Assembly: GCF_022539665.2 (NCBI RefSeq)
Contig: NC_081333.1
Coordinates: forward strand, 8,990,001-9,054,000
Length of the DNA: 64,000 bases
Source of the DNA: Daphnia carinata
Taxonomy: Eukaryota
Reading direction: 5' to 3'
The first letter of the stretch is position 1, and every line of letters begins with the position of its first letter. Made by a program: the position numbers and the translations under genes. Positions 1 to 18,100 of this stretch are shown here, in pieces. Under the pieces are notes generated by a model. The model had not been told where the DNA came from, did no database searches, and saw nothing but the letters and a program-made list of their open reading frames with translations.

Positions 1-3412
<3,412 letters not shown>

Positions 3413-6400
3413 TTTTCTGCTTTTGTCGGCTACTGTGTAATCTAAAGAGTGGGCAGAAAAAAAAGTAAATACAAAATTAAGATCAGCTTATTTTTGTTCG
3501 AATAAGTTAGCAATAATGATACGCCCACACGGCAGTTCAAGAATCGCTCTGAGGCGGAACAGGAGTCATTAGCGTGACCAAAGTGTTTCGTTAGAACACG
3601 TGTCGTGTCGTGTCATTAAAAGTTGGTTCTTTTCTAGTCTAACGTCGTACCCAAAAACGTAAACGTGATCGCCAAAAGAATGGCGTCGAGAGATAACCGA
3701 TAGGGTGGACGAGCTATCGATCGGCGTCTACACACAGTTGCTGGGCGTAGGATTATGACGCCATCTGACGTGCTATACGATTCGCGTCTCAACAAACACA
3801 ATACATAGAAAGGGGGCTGGAGGGGAAAATTTGAAAAGCAGGGATGCAGCTGCTTCCAACAACCCTCCTAACCATCTGCAAATGGAAATGCGCAGACATT
3901 GGTGCTACCTATTCCACTCTAGAAGAATGGGTAATCCCTGGGACGTTGCCAGATGAAAGCCCCCCAAAAACATTTAAATCGAAATTAAATGGCCTGGAAA
4001 AAAAATATCAAAGATTTTTTGATTTGAACATTTGAAACTGAACACGAAAAATGAGAATTGTGTTAACATGTTGAGATATCTGGTATGGCAAAGGTTAAAA
4101 AATTAATAAATAGTTTGGATGTTAATCAAAGTATTGGAAATTGTAGGACGGATGCAAGACGGGCTACGCATGAACCGGTTGGTTTGGACTGATCCTGTTG
4201 AGGAATTTAATTTTTTTTTGTAAATTGTATATTTGTGTGTACTTCAAGCGATGGAGATTGTCGTACGAAAACCTGAACGCAACACCCCATTACCGTGTAT
4301 TGCCAAATTCTTCGAATCTGTTAGACCTTTAAAATGCAATGAATTAATAAACCGTAGAAGTCAATAATAGATCCTAAGAGTGCTTGGATAGAGCAAAATG
4401 GCAACCAATAACAGGGAAAAACTCTAAAAATGGAAGCGTTGGCAGATTCTAGAATTGAATAGAGCAATAACGATAAAATCTCCAAGTGGAGCTCAAATCT
4501 AATGCAATCCTTTGTTGTTGAAACGGTAAAATTCAAATTTCAACGAGACGAAGATCAAAACGCGTGACAATTTTCCTTTTTCAATCATCATAATAATAAA
4601 AAATCGTCCTAGTTTCCTATTACATCCGCAGTTGTTGGAACGCATCATTTTTCGGTTGTCTTTCATCGATTCAAATCTCCCCCTTCCTCATCTTTTTTTT
4701 CCATCCCGCTTTCAAAGAGAAAATTGTGTTCAGTAAAGGTTATGTTCCCCTCCCCCCTTATTTTGTACTTACTCACTGACAGAAAGAACTATTGATCCAG
4801 TAAAAAAAAAAGAAGGTAGGAGGGGGGCCCGGTTGCCATGGAGGCCATGCAAACACTCGACGCAGATGGATCAAGGTGGCGCGTGCGCCAACCATCTGCC
4901 CTATTCAAACTTTTCATCCGCTTTTCCATTTCCGTTAACCCGACAAAGGGTGATGACATTACGTCGAAAAATGTCATTAGCTTTAAAAATAAAATAAAAA
5001 CTACTTTTTTTACGTGTCGGCATTCTAGTCGTGGAAATTACCATAAAACAAGAGTTAGTGGTCTCTCACTCGACTGCAACATTCCCAAAGGAGGGGGGCA
5101 TCTCGACGCCCGCTGGATTATTGATCGTCGTTTTGAACGCACGCGCGCTGAACCACCATTTCTCTCCTTCTACACGCACATACATAAAAAAACTAAATCG
5201 ATATACGGACCCTCCCATCACTGCAGCTGCTCCTTCCTGACAAGACCTTGCCCTTTTTTTCGAACAAAAAAAAAAGAACCGAGAAAATTTCGTGTATATA
5301 TGTTGACTGATGAGTGAAATGAAAATAACTTTATACACTTCTACACGAATAGGTGGGGCAGAGGGGGGGGCAGCGAATGATTAGCTACACGGCGGTCAGG
5401 AGGCTGGGTATGGACACTAGTGACAGTTGGTTTCTCAGCAGCTGTTTGCTTGCGTAGCCCATCCCGTTCCTTCCTTTTTTTTTACGTTTTGTCGACCCAA
5501 TCTATCTCTTTTTTGCTTTCTCTTACTTTTTCTTTTTTTGGAATTCCGCCATCTTGAAACGAGCGAAAGGGGGCGTTCTACTAATCCAATCAAAATTATT
5601 TTACCTTGGGATGTGACGAAAAATGGTTGAAAATGGCCGGTGGTCACCCGCGTGGTCTCACACACACTCACTCTCGTCGTTGTCGTTTGAGAAAAAAAAA
5701 AACAGGGAACCAAATATCTCTGATTGGAAAACGTGGGGAGTAAAATGGTATACGAATCAAAAAAACTCTTCAAAAAGAAATGAAAAAACAGCCCGTGTGT
5801 TTTTTTTATAGATTACTAAATCAAGTCAAAATTACGAAATTGATTTAAAGTATGTGTGCTTTGTTTGTTTTTCTTGTCAAAACTGAATAAGGAAAGACAA
5901 AAAAAAGGGGGGATAGGAAACTGATAGCTGATGGAAGAAAAAGAAAAATTAACACACGGAACGAGAAAATTCAAAAAGGACGGGAACGAAGGAACACAAG
6001 ACTTGCTCGGTTTCTGGTCGGACTTCTACTGCGTGGAGTTTAGGGCCCACAACGCGCAAACTCCGAACCCATCGAAAATTCGGCGCGCAAGTAGCGCCAC
6101 CCACCCTGTCCTTTCATACTTTGATCGCATACATTTTCATTGTAAACCCCCTCCCCTCCTGCAACCCTCACCCCTCGTTGACATACACATACATACACAA
6201 CACATAGAAATGGATATAGGTTCTTGCCCTAAAATGTTTAGATTATATATGCATGTATATTTTCTGCGAAGAACTTGCTATGTTTATTTTATTGGCCAAA
6301 TTATTGATACAAATAGGTAGAATAATTCATTATACGTGCACGATTGAAGTGTTTTGGCTGTGACGTCATTAAGCATTTGTACTTGTGTATTGATTTTTCC

Positions 6401-6707
6401 GTTATGCCTCTGAAGAAACGTCGGTACGTAGCCGTTGGGAATGTTTTCCCGACTTGCCAGACAGGATGATTGCGTTTTCTGCAAGCTGGAAGGGCCGACA
6501 TCTTGATTTGTTGGATTGAACTCGTTTATAGCCGCGCAGCTCTCAAACATTTCCTTTGTTCCAAACTGTACCACACAGATAAAAATATATCTATGTGGGC
6601 TGATATTTGAAAGGAGGATTCTTTTTCCACGGTTCTCATCGATCAAACAAAAGAACAAAGAGAACGAAGCATGAATTACTGATTTACGACTTTGCCTTAG
6701 TCACTTA

Positions 6708-6733
6708 CTCTCTATCTCTCTCTCTCTCTCTCC
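6708..6733. repeat. (CT)n microsatellite / GAGA-like tract between the divergent elav and AP-1 mu genes
   Basis: ctctctatctctctctctctctctcc seen directly. Confidence 0.7.
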
Positions 6734-7173
6734 ACTATAAATATAACACTACGACGATTTAATTAACTATGGAGTACGTTTCCCCATTCAGTATATCTAT
6801 TGTTTCCCTTTCCGTTCAGTAAACGAATTCATGATTTCACGTAACATGCCAACAAACCATACCAACATATTTAAATAAAAAATAACTATGCATTAACGCA
6901 GAAAAAAAAATATTATAAGTGGATACAAAAAAAATTGTAAATTTTCGTTAATAACTAACATTTGGGGAATTTCAAAATCTTTATATGTATTCGAAACGAG
7001 TTCAATTTCAGCGACTTGGCAATTTCGTAGCAGAAGACCATCGAATGAAAGACAAGACAACCAAGACACAAAACCTGCCAAAGTGGGTGGCGGTGTCATC
7101 TCTACCATTTTCCGTTCTAAATATAAAAAATCTATTGTTATTCATCGAAAAAAAGTTTATACTTACTACTACT

Positions 7174-9119
7174 ATGTCGACGTCAGCAATATTCATCCTT
7201 GATGTCAAGGGAAAAGTAAAAATTATCTTAGATTTTTTTTTTACATAATGAATATTTATATTATACAAATCTGTGTCAAACAGGTGTTGATTTCCCGCAA
7301 CTATCGAGGTGATGTCGAAATGGGGGTAATCGACAAATTTTTACCTTTCTTGATGGAAAAAGAGGAAGAGGGTAGTTTAACTCCCGTGTTCCAGACGTCT
7401 GGGTGCACATTCATGTACATAAAGCACCAGAATCTATATATTGTCAGCGTTTCTCGTAATAATGCCAATGCCGCCATGGTTTTCTCTTTTCTCCATAAAA
7501 TTGTGCAAGTGATGAGTGAGTACTTTAAAGAAATTGAAGAAGAAAGCATTAGAGACAACTTTGTCATCATCTTTGAGCTTTTGGATGAAATGAGTGACTT
7601 TGGCTATCCACAAACTACGGAAAGCAAAATTTTGCAAGAGTGAGCTCCTAATTTACATGTGTGCAGAATACTGTGAAACATTCTTTACCATGTTCTAGGT
7701 ATATCACTCAGGAAGGGCATAAACTTGAAACTGCACCAAGACCACCTCCAGCTGTGACCAATGCAGTATCTTGGCGCTCAGAGGGTATCAAGTACCGGAA
7801 AAATGAAGTTTTCCTCGATGTCATTGAATCCGTCAATCTCCTGGTAATACTTTTAGTATAAAGGTTTTGAATGTTTATTAATTTTTTTTTTCTGTGCCAT
7901 AAAGGCTTCTACTACTGGTAATGTTTTGAGAAGTGAGATTGTTGGGTCTATAAAGATGAGAGTGTACTTATCTGGCATGCCTGAACTGCGCTTGGGTCTC
8001 AACGACAAGGTCTTGTTCGAAAGCACAGGACGGGGCAAATCTAAATCTGTTGAATTAGAAGATGTCAAGTTTCATCAATGCGTCCGCCTGTCCAGGTAAT
8101 GAAATCTAAATCCCTTGATATTTCGAAACTCAAGGATAACTCTGTTTATTTCGTCAGATTCGAAAATGACCGAACCATCTCGTTCATTCCACCTGACGGC
8201 GAGTTTGAGTTAATGTCTTATCGGTTAAACACTCACGTAGGTCTTCCGTAGAAAATTGTAATTCCCATCCTTGAGAATGATACCTGTTTTAAATACGAAA
8301 CAGGTGAAACCTCTTATTTGGATCGATTCGGTGATTGAACGACACGCCCACTCGCGCGTAGAGTATATGATTAAAGCTCGATCGCAGTTCAAGCGCCGCT
8401 CGACTGCTAACCACGTCGAGGTTGTAGTTCCTGTTCCAGCCGACGTCGATACACCCAAGTTCAAGACTTCCGTCGGAAGCGTCCGCTACGTCCCTGAACA
8501 GAATGTTCTCATTTGGAGTATCAAATCCTTTCCCGTATGTCCAGTTTCCGCTTCGTTTTCTCGTTTTTTTTATCGCATCTCAACGGATGGAGGGAAAAAA
8601 AGGAATGGAAGGGAAATGTATTTGTCCGGCTTTTTTTTCTTACATTTCTCCCTTTGACACTCCTGTTTTCAATGGCTTCTTGTTGGGCTTTTCTCTATAG
8701 TGGGAAGTAGAAGAGGATCCTTTATGTAAAAGGATCTCATGGTGATAACGACCCACTCATTGTTACACATTCCTTTTCATAGGGCGGTAAGGAATACCTG
8801 ATGCGGGCACACTTTGGGCTCCCCAGCGTTATCAGCGAGGAAACGGAAGGCAAACCTCCCATCCAGGTCAAGTTCGAGATCCCTTACTTCACCACGTCAG
8901 GCATTCAGGTACATCGAACGCCATCTATCTTCGCTCTAATGCACGATACGTTTACAACCATCTCCCCCATTTGTTTGTATGCAAAATTTTGATTACGACT
9001 TTTGTCTTATGTCTTTTTAGGTTCGTTATTTGAAGATTATCGAAAAGAGCGGATACCAAGCCTTGCCTTGGGTTCGTTACATCACCCAGAACGGTGATTA
9101 CCAGTTGAGGACCAACTGA
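7174..9119 (+). CDS. AP1M1: AP-1 clathrin adaptor complex medium subunit mu1 (AP-47)
   Basis: 8 exons: 7174-7215, 7284-7639, 7699-7843, 7905-8095, 8158-8236, 8304-8534, 8783-8908, 9021-9119. Motifs: [132 protein letters not shown]. Confidence 0.97.
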
Positions 9120-12100
9120 TTGTTTTCACCAACGTCCAGTCTTCTTCTTACACAAAACCCTTCTGTCCTGCTTTTCCTCTACACTATACACACTTGTTGT
9201 TTGAATATATTCTTTAGCTCTTGTCATTCACTTTCAGCCTATTTTCGCTATAAGAGAAGAAAAATTTAAGATTTTCTTTCCAGATACCATTTTGTTTAAT
9301 TTTTTTTTCTCTTAATATCATTTACTTCATATATTTTTTTTTTGGTCCACCTCCTCCCTCCTTCAACCTTTTTTTATATAGCAGTTGCCTGATTACAATC
9401 ACACTTAATACACTGGTCCAATCAGCTGAGCATTTTTTTTTCTATGCGGAGCTGAAAGTCTTTGAATGAAAGCTACACAGTGACTGCGCTGTTGTCAATA
9501 GTTCGTGTATAGCTGAAATGAAATTGCCAATCCAGCAAAAGGCTGGCAAAAGAAGAGTGCGGAGCAACGGATTTTGTTATTTTGGCTGATGCCCTTCTTA
9601 TTTACTTTTTTTTTCTCCTTCGTCGGCTTGTTTGCCGATTCTACCACCGTTCCTTTCACCTTATGCCTTCAAAGAACCCACACACACATACACGGCGAAA
9701 GAGAAAAGGAAAAGAAATGAGGGGAATCGTTTCGTCATTCAGCTACCCAGTCACGAACTTATAACCAAACCTGCCCGTCAACTCTATCACGGAAAATACT
9801 TTTCCTTTTAAAAGAGGAAAGACTTCGTTCAGCTTCCACCCTCCTTCTCTTACTTAACGAGTATTCGTGATTGACTGCATATCACCGACTCGCATCTTCT
9901 TCCGCTGGATAGATGTAGAAAAATAAAGCCACCGTCGGGTTTTGTACACCATTCTAATTTTCTTTTTCGTTTTTGCTCAGTTTTTTTCCTCATCTATGGC
10001 AAACGAGGAACACTCCAAAGTTGATTGAATCGAACCTTTGCACGAGATGGGCACTTCTCGTGTTAGCCAAGCGCGGAAGCAATTCCACTGCTACTCGGTT
10101 GGCTGGGTGAGAAAGTATAACGTTACCTATATCTACTATATTTACGTAATAGTAAATGCACAAGTTTTCTATAGCCACTGCTGTTGGGATGCGCGAGTAT
10201 TGAACGGTTTCCCCGTGATGCCCCGTTATTATCTCTGCACCGTATCTCTCGCTCTCTATCATCTCCGCATTGGCGTCTTGTCTATTCAGTTGATTGAATT
10301 CCCTTATTTGAAGCGTGATGGCGTAGGTCTTTTGCCTTTTCATTGCATCGCTATTTATTTATTATTATTATTATTAAGACCATTTTCGTATAATCGCACA
10401 TGTTTTGCGCTGAAATTCATTTTCCCTATTGACGTTTTCCCCTCTCGTCGTCGATCTTTTGATCCTTTTATTGAAACCCGTTTGAGGTATTTTCATCAAA
10501 CAGATGAAGAATTTTATTCTGCGACTCGATAAATAGCACGGCCACGAATGTACAAAAAAATAAATAAATAAGAAAAACGTGCAGTCTGTTAACAGATGAA
10601 ATAAGTGGGAGTGTCGTGAACAAAAGCTCCCCTTTTTATTATTTATACTGTTTGAACGTGGACTGGTACTGTTCAATGGCATTAGGCAACCATGCGGGAA
10701 ATCGATTTCATCTTTCCGTTTTAATTTTTCAAGGTTTACTCTGTCCAGAACAGCCTTGTCTGAAATTTATGATCGGCCTTTAAAGAGCGTGAACGCCATT
10801 CCGTGTGAAAATCGCCCTCCCTCACCCCAGTAATAATAAAAAAAAACGTCCTCCAACCCCCGAATAAAAAGGGGTCACCAGGAATACGTTTGAAAGAAAG
10901 CCAAATTGCTTAGCATCTCAGCCGCAAACGGTTCCGCAAACGTCGTAAACACGCGGACGGTTTGGGGGTCGTGTTAAGAAAAAAAAAATGTAAAGACATA
11001 GTAACGAAGATGTAGACAAGAAGAGAAGGACAATGGAACGCAATCAAACGACCTCTCGTTCTGATCTTTGTTTTTTTTTTACTCCTCTTGTACCTTCCTT
11101 TTTATAAGTTCGTTTGCACGAATTTCGAGCACGGGTAAATAAAAGAAAGGAATAGAAAAGGACTTTAGGTAGATGGACGTCACGACGACCGCTGTGGCTT
11201 TGGAAAAAAAATCGAGCTGGAATGAATGAACTGACGATAACGGACGTTGGATTTTAAAAGGAAATAGGTTCAAAACATTTTTTATTCCGAAGCTTTTTAC
11301 GCTAAGAAAAGGCCTTGACGTTGAGGAATCGAAAATCAAATACAATGAGAAGGGGGAAAGTGAAAAGCACGGATGAATTGAAAAAAGGGACCCTCCCATT
11401 GATGCCGGAGTGATTTATTTAGCCGCTGTATATTATAATATACACGTCAGAGTGCCCTCGTGTGTTATATACTACCTATATAATATCTTCTATGGATTCC
11501 TGCCTCCGCCATCTTTCCTATTCGGTGTATTCTTTCATTGCCGTGCGAGTTATTGACGCAGACCTTATTATATACGACGTCCGTTGAAAGAGAGGGACTT
11601 TTTTTCCCTCCGACTCTGTGTGTAACGAGCTGTTGTGGCTTTGCAATGGTTTTCCGTGGAAGGAGGAGTGGAAAGAACCACTCTAGACAGATCTTGCATC
11701 GAGTTGATGTTGTTACCGCGGACACGTTCGTCGTCATGGTGACCACAAAACTTCCGACATCCGACTACATCCTCTTATGTTTTTTCCCTTCTTTTATCGG
11801 TGCTGGGGCTAGAGGCAAGTCAATGGTCGTATCTCAAAGGACTCGAATAATGACGTGTACGTTATAACACGAAGAAGATGCTATTGATGAGAGATGTAGA
11901 TATAAAGAAGATAATAAAGAAGGACTTTAAACGTTGATCGGATTGTCAATTCAAGCCGACAGATGGTGTTTTTTTTTTCTTCCCTGTCATCTGCCGGAAG
12001 GGGAGCCTGCAGCAGCTGGAAGAGAAACAGACAAAAAAAAACTATCCTGCCTACGTATGAAAAGAACAGGAGGGGAGGACTTCCACTTTACTAAAAGAAA

Positions 12101-15100
12101 AAAAGAGCTAACTACTCATAGGTGTCACAGGTGTTTTTTTGGCGAACTGCGTGAACGCTTCGTTATGTTAATTACGCTAATAAATCGTACCAGTCATTGC
12201 ATTAGCGAAACCTCATGCTAGTTGCACGCTATCTTAGCAGACGTCAATTATAGAACATCCCCATTATCTGAATACGCCATCGCATGACGAGAGATTTCAG
12301 GAAAATTAATGTGAAATGAAGTGGTCAAAGAGGAAACCAACTTAAGCAAAATCTTCGTAAGATGCTACGTTTTCACAGGCTTTTCATCATCTACTTATCG
12401 TCAACTTTTATGGCCGATAATTGCTTTTGGTTGAATATTTAAAGTCGTCTAAAGACCATACAGTAGAGTTGAAATGAAAATTCGTGAAACACTCTTAGTT
12501 GCCATTTTCGAGCAGAGGCATTTCACTAATAATTACAGCAGACCCGTACGAGGAATTTACCATTTTATCTGGGCGTACATAAGCAACTTCCAATAAAGAA
12601 AGTTTATTAATCAATAAACTTCAATCTTGTGCAGGAATGTAGCCAACTTCTAATCAAACGATAATTACACAAAGAAAATCTATCTGTTGGAAATGAAAAA
12701 AAAAATCCATTTACTGTCCGTGGTGAAGTTATTCACTGACGTCCCAAAACATTTAATACTAAAAGTTAGACTTCTCTTCGGCGCCATTTTACCCCAAACT
12801 AAAGTTGATTATCGTTGTACTAGCGTCCGGCTCACGTATCAATTAATTAAAAAAAAAGGCCCGTTCGTGTTGTTCAATATAGTTACATCGAATTAACATG
12901 TAGATTAAGGTAATGGTGGTTCTGTGCGCAATAGAAAAATAATGCTAGAGAGACCAACGTACGTTAGGAGACCCCATATTGTCGCTTAATGACTATCAGA
13001 TTATCATGAAACAAAACTATAGGGGGTAATGAGTACCACTAGTCTACCCAGAGGAAACATACAATTGTCCTACCTTTTACGTCAGTCAGGCTCTCATTGT
13101 TGTGCAGCGACGTGGGAGGTCGATTGTCATGTAAAATAACCCACGTTTTGTTCACATACACACGGAAAAAAAGGCCAGAGATTTGAATTTCCACTTTTCC
13201 TTCGATTTCACTGAAGTGCATATATCGTAAATAGATGCTATAGTTTATCTATATCATCGGTGGTACGTCTATTGGCCGATACGGAATTCACGACACGCAG
13301 ATGAGTTGACAGCATGCAAATATCGTCACAAGGCAGCAGGGCAATATTGGTACACACAGCCCGTCATATACCCTTCGGCTGTATAGGTCTATAGAAACAG
13401 TCTAGATAAATAGTTTTTCGCGTTGTATGCAAATCAAGCCTTATTGAACACGTATAACCAAGTTCTATATATACAGCCCTGTGTCAACATGAGAAGAGCG
13501 CGCGAGCTCAGTGACGTTGCATCCTGCCCGGACACGGTGCGTACGAAAACTGAACCTCTCCTGTTGAATTGTTGATTCGTATTTGTTTAAGCCTCTTTAT
13601 TTTTACTGGCCTGTTGCATTTATTTTAGTTACCCGAATATTGTTTATATTGGCTGGTTTTCTTGGAAGAAAAGTCACTGTTAACTTAAGTATATTTGTCA
13701 TTTTCAATTACGAATATAATGCGTTGGGACTTGAAAATGTGTTGTCATACATGTCAATTTTTTTCTTGTAGCTGTGTGTTCTTGCTGACAGTTGTGAAGA
13801 AAATCATATATTTTTTAAAATACTATTCTTATCCGGAAATGATGTGAATACTATTTCGCCGAAAGAGGGATCGAGTGGCAATTTGTGGGGCGGGAGTTGA
13901 GAGGGTGCAGCAATAAAAGAAGGACTCCATAAAATAGTGTTTTTGACAGTTTGCATTAGAGCAGCGTCCTGGTCCTTCATGATGACCGGATCATCATTTG
14001 CCCATATGAATATATCTATAAACGGTGTAAAATATAGAAATAGTTCTTCTCAATTTCAGCGGTGGGCATAACGTGAATTCGACGATATTACGGAATTTGT
14101 AAAGTTCTTCTTGATATTTCCCAAATGTTTAATCGTTGGTTCCTTTCCGCTTAGTTGTATGCACGAGCTATTACAAATATATGTAAAAGAGATGTAAAAT
14201 ATCTCAGCAATTTTCAATAAAAATGGCAGGCTTTTAACTTATTTGTAAATTGTCTTTTTTTTTGTGGTCTATATAAACATTCTTTATTGCAGGGATCTTT
14301 CTGGAACATGGACAATGTTTAGGTGGAAAGATTAACGATTGCTTTATTTTGCTCGCAATGTACTGATGGGAAAGCCCGTAAACGGAGATAAAAGAAACAG
14401 CATTGAATTAGTAATGCAGTACTCTATTATTTGGCTACAATGAACCACACAGTTGCAAAAATACCATTTCTGAAACAAAGAAAACTAATTCTACAAATAA
14501 GTAATAATGGTCAATTAAACTTTACATTGTTTAGCTCTAAACCAAACGAAATAATCTGATTTTAACACAAATAAAGAGTTGCATAGAGTCAATGTTTATT
14601 ACTCCATCAGGACTCGTTCCAACAGGAAAGACTAATTGTTATTAGCATGCCCACTAATTTCATTTCACGATGGCTTGTGTATACGATGTAACACGATCAA
14701 TAAATTTAATCACGTTCCGCAATTGCCACAGATCGTTATTCTTTTCGTGGTGTCCCACGAAAAAGTAATTCAAAGCGATAGGCTCGTTTCCTTGAAAAAC
14801 GGTTGGAAACTAAACCCAAAACAATCAAACGAGATCAGGAGCTTGTAAACAGATCTTCCCACAATCATTTACAAAGATATACAGTGTACCATGCAATAGA
14901 CGACGCGATCTATTTTGCACGCACGCGTAGGAAAAACTATTTTCAGTTTTATGATCACCCGTTTTTTTTGGGTGGTGATGTTGCAAGCTGTCGTACATTG
15001 ACCTGTTTTCTCACGTGCTTCAATCCTATTGGTGGTTGTCATCAGGCCATACAAGGCTATACAAAACAATGGCCTTGGAAACTATAGGCATTTAGGTCAA

Positions 15101-18100
15101 ATCATTTGGTATTTTCAGTTGCTAGCAATGGGGAGGGTAAACAAAAAGCTGCCACTATTTTCAATTTTGCTGCAGTGATTTGCATAAAATTCTGAATGTA
15201 AAGGGGGGATGGGTGAGCAAATGAATAGCCTCTTCTAAGATCATTGACCTTTGCATAAAATTACAGCCTTTTCCAAGGTTGAACACGTGCAAAAGGTCTA
15301 ACTTTATTCAAATTCAGGAGAGGAAGAGTAAACAAATTTGCCTTTGAAGAAAATCTTGAATAAGTTAATAGTCATTACAAATAATATGTTACGTAGGGGG
15401 AATATTAAATATCTCCTTAGGTATTTTTACACAAACATACCGCCGATTTTTGTTGCTACGCAGCAGTCGATTGAATGGACAATCTCAGCGTGACACCTAG
15501 TTAGCGTTCAACTTTTCCTCGGCCTGTGCACGACGGCTTACAGTTATCAAAGGCTATATCTACTAATAACTCGTGGTCGATTGCAGCACCCGGTCTATTC
15601 ACAATTCCCGATGTCCGTCTTTGTGCAGTAGTAACCTCTAACAAGCTCGTAATTATGTTGACACAAAATATACAACTAGGTTCGTTAAAGCGAATTTTTT
15701 AATTGACTATTCGATGGCAATTCATCGAAAGCATTATTGAACAGACGTGGGGGCGTTTGAGAGACCTACTCCATTATAAACGGAAATCTATGAATAATAA
15801 AGAAAAGAAATCAAGTCGACTCCTTTTTATTGGCAGGTTATATTTTTTTACATTTTCGGGCAAGGTTTTTCTTCACGTTAGTGGGAACCAAAAAAACACA
15901 CGAGAGAAGGAGTTTTATGCAGTTCTTTATTGAACATAGCTGCCGGAAGGCTCTTTGGTTGGTGCTGCCAGATTTCTCGAGGTATATACACAAACGACTA
16001 ATGATCCTCCTTTTTTTTTCTATTAGACATATATAGAATTTAGATGTGTTTGGCTCACATTCTGTATAAATAAAAGCGAAATTGCCGTGAGATGGGGCAG
16101 CTATATTATAGACGTATGTAATAAAACAGAATGAGGGAAAATCCATTCTATATTCCCAGCTGCTATTTATTGGAGCATTTGAATCTTTGACAAAAAAAAA
16201 TTCATTTCCGTATAATTTGGAGGACATCAACAACCGTTTCGTGCTGTTTGATTGCTGGACTTTGAACATAATAGTACGTATGTACACATATAGAAAAGTT
16301 TGGCTGATCGCCTGATTCGCTACCCAAGTTCAATGAACATCAATCTTTTGTTGTCGAAATTATTTTGGTACTGCCTTCGAAACATTTATAGTTTCCATTG
16401 AAAATGGTCCGCATTTTCCTTTTTTGGCAAACAGCTTGAAGAACCATTTCAACCGCTCAAATCAAAACTCAAAAACGAAAATAAAAGCTTATTCGTTTAT
16501 CGACTTGATCCAGCTGATCCGAGCTTCTGGCTAGCTTTTTCTGTAACACGTGCACAGCGTGAAAGAAAAAGGGCAGTAGGTCTTGAATTCATAATTTTCG
16601 TTGCTTGGTAAATTTTCCTTCCGTGAATCAATCGTTACGTAACTGGATTCGCGATATATCCTTCTCTAAGGCTTTGTGTAAAATCGTAAGGGGCAACGCC
16701 TTTTTATTTACAACCATCAGTGGATGTAATTGGCTTTATAGATCATTCTCTCTATGGAAATGCGTGAGCCGACCTCACAATTGTCGATGTTTACTGGCTG
16801 CCGCATGCAGCTGTTTCGTGTGTTGCCCCTCCGACATCATCAGCAACTTCTTTAACGAGAACCAGGCAACTCGCTCCGTCCCAAACTTCACAAGCCGAAG
16901 CTCGTCAATAAAAAAAAGATCAAAAGAGATCTTTTTATTTGATCGTGTATGCATTTCTTGCTTCATTTGACAGATTCGTCAGTCCACTATTTCTACATGT
17001 CGATGCATGTACGGATAGACCTCGATAGACCTCATGCGACAAAACATCCGGCTTCCACTTGACGTCAAGTCCCGTGTGACAACGACTGGCTTTCTCGTTA
17101 TATACAACGGCCAGTCTCAATTGGCACGTCCGTCTGGCCCATCTGAAAAAGACAACACAGAAACAAAAAGTTATGCGTCTACTCACGTCGTACGATACAT
17201 TTGTAAATCAAATTCAACTGGAAATTGGCAAACAAAAAGGAAATAGAAACGATGAAATGTTCAGGAAATGAAAGGACAAATTGGCAATCAGCACGAACTC
17301 CATTGATATAACATTCGGGAGACAAAGATTCACATTTATCCTTAACAAGCGATACAACTTGAATTTACTATAGTCGCGTAGAACACCTAAGATTCGTGCA
17401 CAATAGAAAAAGAAGCTCATCTGTTCCCCATGTTCTTCTTCTCCCACGCGTTCTTTATTTCGTCTGCTCGTGTAAAAAGGCACTCTTTCAACGTTGCTAG
17501 ATAAACAGTCAATAAGATTTACATCTTCTTCGCGTTCTACATACAGTTCTAGTACAAACCTCAAAAGCTTTGTGTGTATATAGTTAAACGATAGTATAAT
17601 AAGATTCCTAGTTTTATCGTAACACAACATCTACTCAATGCCGTTTCTACCCTGTGTTTTCTAGTAATCAATACCATACTCGAGGGCTTCACATGAGCTT
17701 CTTTGCGGTTTGTGCCTTGATATTTATCACATCCCCTTCGATATCATGTAAAACAAAAAAAAAGAAGGGGGTGGCTCTTTATAGAAACAGGAAGATTGTC
17801 AAAAGGGAGGGAACTGATGATGAGACGCAAGAACACAAGTCAATAAATCGCTTGTCTTGCTCGTGACGTCATCGGTGACAATAGCTCCCCTCGTTATGTT
17901 GTAGAAAGGATATGTGGTTGGGCTCGCATCAATAGATTCGTACGTGTATCAGCTGGTGTCAACGAAACAGTGTCTCGCAGCCAATATTTCATTCACGCTC
18001 TTCAAATATTGGCGAATAAGGACACCCTGTCTAATCGACTGTTAAAAGTGAGAATTTAAATACAACGATGATATATCACCTGGAAATATAAAGAAATCTG

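Noticed and set aside
8699..8770. H/ACA snoRNA call for the AP-1 mu intron hairpin
   Set aside because: The ACA lies about 26 nt from the upper stem instead of about 14-16, and I see no clear H box. Kept only as a generic structured element.
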